From positions 43,586,001 through 43,650,000 of the forward strand of contig NC_043007.1 of NCBI RefSeq assembly GCF_006345805.1: a stretch of 64,000 nucleotides of DNA. The letters are read 5' to 3'. Shown here one piece after another: positions 53,817 through 64,000 of this stretch (the stretch's first letter is position 1; each line of letters opens with the position of its first letter). The notes beneath the pieces are model-generated. The model worked only from the letters and a program-made list of their open reading frames with translations. It searched no databases and was not told the DNA's origin. The position numbers were made by a program, and so were the translations under genes. The DNA comes from Octopus sinensis. Its lineage: Eukaryota.

Positions 53817-54050
53817 TGTAAAGTGGCACCGATTCACGTCCTGCAATCATCTACAGTAAAAGAAGAAAAAAAATCAAATTTCAGCATCGCAATACAGATG
53901 ACTGTGATAAATTACATACATACATACACACATACAAACATGCAATACATACATACATACATACATACATACATACATACCTACATACATACATACATAC
54001 ATACATACATACATACATACATACATGCATAGACACGCATAAGTACATAC

Positions 54051-54116
<66 letters not shown>

Positions 54117-54216
54117 CATACATACATACGTATATATATATATATAAATATATATATATATATTATTATATATATATATATATATAATATATATACATAC
54201 ATACATACATACGTAT

Positions 54217-54249
<33 letters not shown>

Positions 54250-54329
54250 TATATATTATATATATATATATAATATATATATATATAATATATATTATAT
54301 ATATATATATATGGTTTATTGTTTATCCA

Positions 54330-54995
54330 TAGCATCTAAACCACCAGTGGTTTTGTTTAATAAGTTTGTTAGTGGAGTCAGAGCAATGCAGAAAAACAGG
54401 GGTGACAGCGTGTCTCCTTGGGAAATCCCTCTTCTTATGGGTATAGGGCAGGTTTTAATGACTTGTGATTAATTTTTCAGTGTTATACTGATTTTCCAGT
54501 TTGCCATTGGATGATTGATATATTTTACTAGTGTTGGAACTACTTTATTTCTGTGGAGAGATTCCAGTATCCATGAGTGTTGAACACTGTCGAAAGCTTT
54601 CTTGTAATCAATCCAAGTCATGTTGAGGTTTGTTTTTCTTCTCACAGTCCTTTATAATGGCTCAATTTACCAAAGTTGCTCCTTACAATCACACATTCCT
54701 CTCCAACACCCTTTTGTTCTGGTAAAATATTTTTGTTTTTCTGGTGTATTATAAGCCGGTTATAGATGACTGATATAAGCGTTTTGTAGATTGTTGATAG
54801 GCATGTTACTGGTCTATACGTTTGTGGGTTTGTGGTGTCTTTGTTTTTTGGGAATTAGGGTGGTTTGTCCTTCCAGCATATAGTTTGGTGTCGATTCTGG
54901 CTAGTTTATTAATAAATTAAATGCTGCCACTATGTGAGTATGAGTATTAGTGAGGTGTTTCATCCAGAAGTTGGGACTTTGTCTACCCAGGAGTT
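54330..54995 (-). mobile_element. R4/Dong-like RT fragment (inverted 5' part)
   Basis: NFWMKHLTNTH, TYRPVTCLSTIYK, EQKGCW, TWIDYKKAFDSVQHSWI, PIRRGISQGDTLSPLFFCIAL. Confidence 0.85.
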
Positions 54996-55079
54996 TTCCA
55001 GTAACTAGTAGTCTTCAGCATGTCTGTGGTATCTTGACTTATGATGGTGAGTCACACATGTGCTATTTTGCCCAGAAGA

Positions 55080-55819
55080 AACTAATATTAAACACTGAAC
55101 TCAATGCTAAAAATAATATAATAGGGAAAAGCGCACCAGCCATACCAAGCATAAATTACAGCTTCAACAGGACAAACTGGAAGATCAATGGATCGAGAAA
55201 TTTAGAAAAACCAGATATCTATTAACAACATACTGAAATCGCCACCGCAAAACAGACGCAGACTACTCCGCTCAGAAGGAGGTCGCGGTTTGACATAGAT
55301 AGAGAACTACAATAAAATAACAACAATTAGACAAGAAATGTACCTAGAAACAAAAAGTGGAAGATTACTATATGTAATAAACCAACACGAGAAAAATAAA
55401 ACGTTTTTATCTATACACAAGGACGCGACAAAATACAAAACAGATACACTGATCTCAGATCACAACATAGTAGAAATAGTCAAAGAGACCAAAAAACATG
55501 AAAACCTAATTAAAAAAACATACCAAAGAAGAAATGGAGAGAAAAACTCTATGGCCAATATCCTGCAAGGCTTGACAGAGAACTGAGCCTAAGTAGAAGC
55601 CAGCAATGTCTCAAAAGTTCTGGACTAAAAACTGAAGTGGAAGGACTGATTCTTGCTACACAAGACAACGTCTGACTACAAACAACTATAGAAGCAAAAT
55701 AATAAAAATAGGCCCTGCCACCAAATGCAGAAAGTGCAACCATGCAACCAGCACAATAAAAATTGACACACATCATCTCTGGATGTTCAGCGCTTGCCAA
55801 AATCATATATATATATATA

Positions 55820-55870
<51 letters not shown>

Positions 55871-56345
55871 CAGACATGACGCGAGTGGTCAGATATATCC
55901 ACTGGACAATATGCTAACACCACAATATAAAAACTGACAAGAAATGGTATGAATATGTACATGACAATAACCAGGCCGCAATCATCTGAATGTGCCTGTT
56001 CAAATTGACAAAGAAATAAAAGCTAATCACCCAGACATAATAACCAAGGATTGGTAAAAAAAACACATGCTTATTGATAGACATTGCAGTCCCTTTTCGC
56101 CAAAGCATCGCTTAAAATGGAGTGGAGAAATTGTCAAAGTACAAAGACCTCGAAATTTAAGTATTCAAGATGGAGCATGAATGTGAAAACAATACCAGCA
56201 ATAATTGTAGCAATGGGCATGGTAAAAAAAAAATGAACAAAATCATTAAAGCTATACCTGGACCCTCTGCACTATACACTATCCAAAAAATAACCCTGCT
56301 AGGAAGATCCCACATCCTACGCAAGACACTAACAATTCAATAATA
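55080..56345 (+). mobile_element. R4/Dong-like 3' fragment (Zn knuckle and restriction-like endonuclease)
   Basis: RSEGGRGL, LKTEVEGLILATQD, CRKC..HIISGC (interrupted by (TA)n before RHD), PDI, CLLIDIAVP, LSKYKDLEI, IQKITLLGRSHILRKTL. Confidence 0.85.
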
Positions 56346-56650
56346 CAACCAAGACAAATCAATACAAAAAACAAGACACTCTCCATATAGTAAATAGCCA
56401 ATGCAACACCAACAGATTGGATGCCCAAACAGGAGAACACAACTCGCATTACATACACAACACACAAGACAAACACTAATACAACAAAAGATTGCAACCA
56501 GATCCCATTATTAAAGAAACTGACGCAATGCAATACCGAGAAGTGTTTGCATTAACCCAACAACAAAGAAGAACACACAATGCTGCACACATCCCAGCAA
56601 CATGGAGCAGGTGATGCTGTAGAAATTGCCTGAAACTACCAAATGTTGAA

Positions 56651-56709
<59 letters not shown>

Positions 56710-56802
56710 ATAATAATAATATATAATATAATAATAATAATATAATAATAATAATAAGATACATAATGATGATGCTGATGAGATGATGATAATAATAATG
56801 AT

Positions 56803-56836
<34 letters not shown>

Positions 56837-56943
56837 TAATAATAATAATATGATGATGATGATGATGATGATTGATGTGATGATGATATGACGATAATAA
56901 TAATAATAATAATAATAATATAGATAATAATAATAATAATAAT

Positions 56944-57276
56944 GGGAGAGCATCATAGCCATGTGTTGAGAGGGATTCTTTGGGGTTTGAATAATTCACC
57001 TTTGGAAAAAAGTGTTTCGTTCAACATCCTTAAACAACCCTTCTTCAGGGACCTTTTGAGCGGGATGGGTTACTCGACCAGAAGAAAATTCTAACTGGGT
57101 CCCACCTGCAAGGTCATGTGCTGTTTATCTTGATATGAGATCACCATGTCGCGCACATATGGTTGTGATGCATGTGCCTGGTTTACCCTTATCAGACGGG
57201 TGGTCATGATGGGTATACTGGGCTTCGTATATTTTACCCCAGTGTCACTTTGATGGCATGCACTTCTCTCTCACTC
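56944..57276 (+). mobile_element. (AAT)n-tailed interspersed repeat, copy 3 (5'-truncated)
   Basis: gggagagcatcatagcc...ctctctcactc followed by (AAT)n. Confidence 0.85.
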
Positions 57277-57330
<54 letters not shown>

Positions 57331-57333
<3 letters not shown>

Positions 57334-57872
57334 CCAGGCAGTGGCTCTCATGGTTTCTTATCTTAACTGATCGAAAGTGTTATCATGTGCATTGTTTTAT
57401 CTTGGTATAAAAGATGGGCTATAGCAAATATTCTACTCAATGCCACAGATTTGCTGGTCAGTTGTTTGACCTTCACCAGTTAAGTATGTTCCTTAGAGGC
57501 TGACGATATGTGCTTCATTGATCACGAGCAGAAGTAGTGGGGGAGCATCATAGCCATGTGTTGAGTGGATTCTTTGGGGTTTGGATAATTCACCTTCAGA
57601 AACATGGGTGTTTCGTTCAACATCCTTAAATAACCCTTATTCAGGGACCTTTTGAGTGGGACGGGCAACTCAACTTGAAGAAAATTCTAACTGGGCCCCA
57701 CCTGCAAGGTCATGCGCTGTTTATCTTGATATGATATCACCATGTCGCGCACATAAGGTTGTGATGCATATGCCAGGTGTACTCTTATCAGACGGGTAAT
57801 CATGCTGGGTATATTGAGCTTCGTATATTTTACCCCAGTGTCATTTTGATGGCATGCACTGCTCACTCACTC
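57331..57872 (+). mobile_element. (AAT)n-tailed interspersed repeat, copy 4 (full)
   Basis: Same 5' start (aaaccaggcagtggctctc) and same 3' end as copy 2. Confidence 0.85.
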
Positions 57873-57930
<58 letters not shown>

Positions 57931-57974
57931 TAATAATAATAATAATAATAACATTGGTACCTACATACATCTGA

Positions 57975-58380
57975 AAAAGTCATAGACAAAAAGAGGGAAA
58001 CAAAAATCCTTTGGGACTTTGACTTCTAGACAGACAAGGTGTTAGAGCACCAAAAGCCGGATGTAGTGCTGTTTAGTGGGGACAAACAAGAGTGCCTAAT
58101 AATCGACGTGTCAGTGCCAGGAGATCAACATATCATCATGAAAGAAAGAGAAAAGACTGATACATATGGAGACCTGAGAATTGAGATAGCCAAGATGTGA
58201 CAGCTATGAGAGTTAAACATAAAGGTTGTCCCTGTTGTCATCGGAGCATTGGGTTCAATACCACCCAACTTGAAGAAACATTTGGAAACTTTAGAAATAC
58301 CCTACAATCTAGGAGTATTGCAAAAGTCGGCATTACTTGGAACTGCACGCATATTGCGTAAAGTACTGTCTGTCTGAGGT
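57975..58380 (+). mobile_element. R4/Dong-like restriction-like endonuclease 3' fragment
   Basis: ILWDFDF*TDKVLEHQKPDVV, CLIIDVSVPGD, EKTDTYGDL, VVPVVIGALG, LQKSALLGTARILRKVLS. Begins just after an (AAT)n tract. Confidence 0.85.
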
Positions 58381-59782
58381 CCGTGTTGTGACTTGACAGA
58401 CAATAGAAACCCCTGGTAGACATAATATCTTCAACCAACAACATCACGATACTGACTACTGTACGTTGTCTTAAATCTTAGATAATAAAAAGTGGATAAT
58501 GTTATCATAAAGACCAATAAGGGATGTTTTTGATCATCGGTCAAAGTTGGGGTGCTTTTGATCGTAGGTCTGCTTAAACAGAGCTGTTCGAAATTAAGCA
58601 GCAGCAACAACAAGGTAAATAATTATATAATTCTTTTTCGACTTCCGTTCCACCACCATTATCATAAGGATCCACATACAAAACAATAATTAAAACAAAA
58701 ATGTCCATAAAATACTCGGTGAATCTATTTCTGGTTAGATACAGAATTAAAACCAATAGATCTCTGTAACCATCAACACAAATATTGCAGGGAGTAGAAA
58801 TGTATTAAGCAAAAAATTTATAGACTAAACTAAAAACATATCTCACATTTACGACTTCGGTCTCTCTACAATGAAAATGAATAGAAATAGAAAATAGAAC
58901 TATAAGCAAAGAAAAGCTAAGACCACAAACCCTGTCAAATAAAGCAAACAAGATTTTGCTTTATAGGAAATAGTCTTGGCCGAAGGAAAATTGGTTCTTA
59001 TTTAAAGACAAGATGAATTTTGACGTCATTATTTTGTCAGAAGAAAGGTTCACACTAAATAGTTTCTATCAGGACCGGATCTCAGATTTGATTTATCGAG
59101 AACTTATTTGCAGGTGTCTGGGATTGGAAGTCGACTCATAGCATAAACAAACAAGACTACAAAGTCAAGAGAGAAAGGAACGTGAGTATATGACACTAAT
59201 ACCTTTCTGAAGATCACAAATGCTGCAAATCTAGTTAAAAAGCTGCAGTTGGAATCGAAGCCATAATATTAATTCATGGTCTCTAATTCTTGCTCTACAG
59301 TGTTCAACGCCCTATCTTTATTGCAAATATTGACTTTTTACGTAGGCGACTTAGGGCTATTAATTTCTGAGGCGGGATAAGATTATCGCAGAATATACCA
59401 AGCCTAATACTTCATTGATTCTTACATTACTGGCCCCGAAATGATTTTGGCAGGATTCGAACTCAGAACGTAAAAATATCCCAACTATTTCAACGTTCCA
59501 TTCACCGATATCACCACTCCCACTATTGACTTCGAGCCAGGAGAGAGCCTCTATGTGATAGCTCGAACTGCTAGAATTAGCAGCTAAATCTCACTAAACT
59601 CTTAAGATTTTGAACCCACAAGAAAGCTATAGAGGGCATGATTATAGAGGGCAAAAGCGGGCGTCTACATGGTTTCTCTGTTTATGGATAGCGAGCCATA
59701 AACACAAAACTCTGTGGCCGCATTCCTTTTCGTGTCTCAGGGGCAGAGATCAATACTGTATTCACGGGTTCGAAAAGATATA

Positions 59783-60008
59783 TTTCTTTACTGCCCAGAA
59801 GGGGCTAAACATAGAGGGGACAAACAAGGACAGACGAAGGGACTAAGTCGATTATATCGCCCCCAGTGCGAAACTGGTACTTTATTTATCGACCCAGAAA
59901 GGATGAAAGGCAAAGTTGACCTCGGCGGAATTTGAACTCAGAACGTAACGACAGACGAAATACCGCTAAGCATTTCACCCGGCGCGCTAACGTGTCTGCC
60001 AGCTCGCC
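59783..60008 (-). mobile_element. SINE family A, full length
   Basis: Reverse complement of the 16673-16905 type copy. Confidence 0.85.
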
Positions 60009-60596
60009 AAACGTTACACCCTGGGTAATGTAGTTGGAAGTTTAAAGACGGGATCCACCATACTTGGAATGCTCAAGATGATAAATAATTCTACTGAATT
60101 ACAGACGACGACGATGACGATGACGGCGACGACAACAACAGCAATAACAACAACAACAACATTAATAGCAACAATAGCTTCTTCATCAGCAACAGCGAAA
60201 GTAGCAACGGCGGCAGTCGCAGTCGCTGCAACCAATATTAAAAGTTGTTTGTTTTTATTGCCCCTCTTCAAGTAGGTAAATGGTTGAATGTATTTTTAAA
60301 GACTGGTAAATGAAGTAACTGTGATTATCATTCGGGATTTATTCCAGATCGTTCGCTTCAATTCTAATATTTCAGAAGATTTATTGTATACAACGTAACA
60401 TTTTTTTATTTTTACAATAGACATGAAGCATGATATCCAGACAACAAGCATTAGCGACGTGAGTTCCAACAGAGCGCCATTATTCTCCTGTATATTATTT
60501 ACCACAGACGTTTCCGGTTTCCGTTATAACATTCTTAGCAATCATTTGGTCTAATCGATCGATTACAGATTTACCAGAACTGCTAAAGAACTACAA

Positions 60597-60633
60597 AGAG
60601 AGAGAGAGGGGGAGAGAGGGAGAGAGAGAGGGA

Positions 60634-60696
<63 letters not shown>
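60597..60696. repeat. (GA)n microsatellite
   Basis: Direct reading. Confidence 0.95.
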
Positions 60697-60700
<4 letters not shown>

Positions 60701-60906
60701 GAAGTAGTTTCTTTATGTTTAAGTGACCGAGTTTACGTTGCGGCTACCCTCGTTGAGTAGTTTTCTGCATAAGCAATCACTTACAGGCTGACAACATTCA
60801 GAGAAAATTTTAGATTTGTCTGAGATTTCCGGCAACATGTGTATGTTGTAGACGTTTTTCGATTTATCGTAATTTAAAGTGTAATTATGATATGATCTAT
60901 ATGTGC

Positions 60907-60937
<31 letters not shown>

Positions 60938-61097
60938 TGTATGTATGTATGTATGTATGTATATATATATTATACATACACATATATATATATATATATA
61001 TATAATAGTATATATTATATATAGATATATATATATCTATATATATATAATAATATATTATAATATATATATAATTATATATATACACATAGGCACA

Positions 61098-61312
61098 CAC
61101 GAGGAGGGCTTAAAAGTTCCTGGCTTTGGGTAACAGAAAATACAGGATGATCGGTTAATTATAATTTTGTTTAACATATTCCTCTCTCAGATTCACACAA
61201 TTATTGCAGCGGTCCTTCAGTTTGTCTTAGCTCTGTAAAAGAACTTGGAAAGCCGGGTCTCCAGCCAGGCCTTTCGCGACACCCTTAAAGCCAGGATTTT
61301 TCAGCAGCCCCT
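61098..61312. mobile_element. Mariner-type MITE
   Basis: TIR-like ends agggcttaaaagttcctggcttt / aaagccaggatttttcagcagcccct. Confidence 0.7.
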
Positions 61313-61319
61313 GCTGTGA

Positions 61320-61582
61320 GGTAAGAAACTTGGTTCCTATCCACATGGTTCCGGGATCAATCCTACTGCGTGGCATCTTGGGATAGTGTCTTCCACTACA
61401 GCCCCGGGCCAACCAAAGCCTTGTAAATGAATCTGATAGTTGGGAGTATTTTCAGTTTTCGTCTATCAGATTCATTCATAAGGCTTTTGTTGGTCCGAGA
61501 TTATGGTGGAAGACACTTTCCCAAAATGCCACGCAGTAGGATTGACCCCGGAACCATGTGGTTAGGAACCAAGTTTCTAACC
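61320..61582. repeat. Inverted pair of SINE family B heads (imperfect palindrome)
   Basis: Arms ~61320-61439 and ~61463-61582 are reverse complements, with a ~23 bp spacer. Confidence 0.85.
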
Positions 61583-61584
61583 GT

Positions 61585-63368
61585 CATTCTCGCTACAGGT
61601 GTCCTACTAAGGAGTCCACATGTAAAAATTGTGGCAAGGAGGATCATTTCTTCAAAGTATGCCAGTCAAAAAACAAATATGTTACTTCTTCACTGCGTTC
61701 TGGACAGAATCTCGCAACCACTTCCTCTGCACTTCAGCTTGCGTCTCTATTATCCGCTTCTGCTTCACAGTGTCTGACTAATACTGTCATCAAAATAGAT
61801 GTCAACGGAGTAACACTTTCAGTTCTAATTGATACCGGAAGTTCTGAGAGCTATATCAACTCAAATGTCATTCATCATAACAAGTGACCGGTTTTCAGAT
61901 CGACGAAATTAATAAATATGGCCTCTACTAATCTCTCAAAATCTACGGAAGGTCATTGCAAAGTTACGATGAACTTGGGAAGAAAACATTATAGCCGTGT
62001 GCACCTGTCACTACTATCGGACCTGTGTGCGGATGCCTTGCTGGGCCATGATTTTCTCAAGCAAAACGAAGGAGTCCATATCTCATTTCCAGGTAAACGA
62101 CCCCTTTTGTCACTCTGTAGCCTCACTCCTGTAAGTATAGAAGCACCGCCCTTTTTCTCAACCCTTGTAACAGACTGTAAACCAATTGCAACTAAGTCTC
62201 TTCGGTATACAAAAATGGATGAACAAGAAATTCAATGAGTTAAGAAATTCAAAAGCTTTTGGAAGATGGCATTATAGAGCTCTCAAATTCACCATGGCGA
62301 GCCCAAGTTCTCGTTACCACTAACGAGTGTCATAAAAAAGAGACTCGTCAAAGATTACAGTCAGGCCATCAACAGATAATTATCTTGACGCGTATCCCCT
62401 GCCGAAAATTGGGAAGATGGTTGAAGATATCGCAACACATGCAATCTACAGCACTCTCGATCTTCAAAGTGCGTACCATCAAATCCCAATCAAAGAACAT
62501 GCGAAAATGTATACGGCATTCAAAGCTGTGGCCAGTTATACCAGTTTTGTCGTAACCAATGGAGTTGCATGTTTTCAAAGAGTAATGGATTCAATCGTTA
62601 AAGAAGAGAAGCTCAAAGGAACCTATGCGTACATCGGCAATATTACCGTCTGTGGTACCAAACGCACAGAACATGACAAGAATTTAGAAAATTTCCTTGC
62701 TGTTACGAAGAAGTATGGACTTACCTTTAATGAAAGTAAAAGCATCATAGCTACTGATCGGATGACTCTGTTGAGGTACTAGATTTCTAAGGGTAACATT
62801 AAACCAGATCCAGAAAGATTAAGACTCCTTGTAGATTTTCCACCCCCAACAGATATGAAAGCCCAAAAGAGGGTTGTGGGAATTTTTGCTTATTACTCAC
62901 CACGGATCTCTCATTTTCCGACAAAATTCATCCACTCGTTCATAACACGAAATTTCCCCTTCCTGAGCGAGGCCAAACAAGCTTTGAAAACCTTGAGAAG
63001 GAACTTGAGCATTCCGTCATAACTACAGTAAAGCCTGACATTCCATTAGTGGCTGAAACAGATGCTTCCGACATCGCTATTGCTGCAACTCTAAACCAAG
63101 TAGGGCGTCCGGTAGCTTCCTTCTCAAGGACTCTATATCCCAGCGAGCATCATCACTCTGCCGTTGAGAAGGAAGCTTATGCTATTGTGGAAGCAACAAG
63201 GAAATGGAGACACTTCCTATTGGGAAACCATTTCAAATTTATCACTGACCAGACATCGGTTGCCTTCATTTATGACACCCATCAAAAGGGTAAAGTCAAA
63301 ATTGACAAAATACAAAGTGGGAAATAGAACTCTCCTGTTTTAGCTATGAATCTGTTTACCAAACCGGT
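61585..63368 (+). mobile_element. Ty3/Gypsy LTR-retrotransposon gag-pol relic
   Basis: Zn knuckle CKNCGKEDHFFKVC, protease LIDTGS, RT (SPW, LDLQSAYHQI, YIGNI for YxDD), RNase H (ETDASD, EKEAYAIV, FITDQ). Gypsy domain order; stops and frameshifts; no LTR or integrase seen. Confidence 0.9.
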
Positions 63369-63396
63369 ATATATAATATATATATTATATATATAT

Positions 63397-63439
<43 letters not shown>

Positions 63440-63685
63440 TTATATATATATAATATATATATATTATATATATATATATGATCTATCTATCTATCTATCT
63501 ATATCTATCTATCTATCTATCTTCTATCTATCTATCTATCTATCTATCTATTTATCTATCTATCTATCTACAATTATGCATATATATATATGTATATATA
63601 AATTTAATTAAGGGTAGACATTGATATTTATCAATTAAAACCAGTGGTCTAGCATATTAAAAAAGAATCCGAAGATTAAAATATT

Positions 63686-63891
63686 TATATATACCAATTA
63701 AGGACTGAACACGAAAAGTGGACAGTCAACATGCTAGATATAGACGTCAATCGCCATTCTCCACAAAGATTATGTTCTCAAATCAAACTCTTTGATTTGA
63801 GAACATAATCTTTGTGGAGAATGCGATTGACGTCTATATCTAGCATGTTGACTGTCCACTTTTCGTGTTCAGTCCTTAATTGGTATATATA
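63686..63891. repeat. Near-perfect palindrome (~102 bp arms, 3 nt loop)
   Basis: 63686-63787 vs 63791-63891, loop ctc, one 1-nt indel. Confidence 0.95.
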
Positions 63892-64000
63892 TGTATATAT
63901 ATATATATATATAAATATTATTAGAGACAAAACCACTATTTTGCAAAACAAACAAGGAAAGACTTAATCAATACATAAAATTTAATAAATAGTCAAAAAA

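Noticed and set aside
53817-53846. N-terminal extension MQDVNRCHFT from the ORF track
   Set aside because: Starts at a TTG, not ATG; the MGC start fits the acylated-globin pattern.
40362-57872. Repeat-spacer-like arrangements as a CRISPR array
   Set aside because: Eukaryotic DNA; units are hundreds of bp separated by microsatellites, with no short repeat/unique spacer periodicity and no cas genes.
61585-63368. Active or domesticated Gypsy gene
   Set aside because: Multiple stops and frameshifts, catalytic YxDD changed to YIGN, truncated before integrase.

Overview
AT-rich, microsatellite-dense eukaryotic genomic DNA. The SINE, microsatellite and transposon mix looks like an octopus (coleoid cephalopod) genome; this is an inference. 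I can support one protein-coding gene: a minus-strand globin of 182 aa with three coding exons (53816-53626, 36899-36674, 9438-9307). It has canonical B12.2 and G7.0 introns of about 16.7 kb and 27.2 kb, and an N-terminal MGCxxS acylation motif (globin X-like/neuroglobin-like, predicted membrane-anchored). Its last exon occurs twice inside a ~1.3 kb tandem duplication. The rest is decayed mobile DNA: R4/Dong-type, RTE, Tx1/L1-like, CR1/L2-like and Penelope-like retroelement fragments, a Gypsy gag-pol relic, Tc1/mariner/maT and hAT relics, a Helentron-type non-autonomous element, MITEs and several tRNA-derived SINE families. Notable non-coding structure includes several minimal hammerhead-ribozyme-like motifs (most sense to the globin pre-mRNA), an (AAT)n-tailed ~545 bp repeat in tandem pairs, and three fold-back palindromes. 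Most listed ORFs are microsatellite translation artefacts. Repeat boundaries were read by eye and are approximate.
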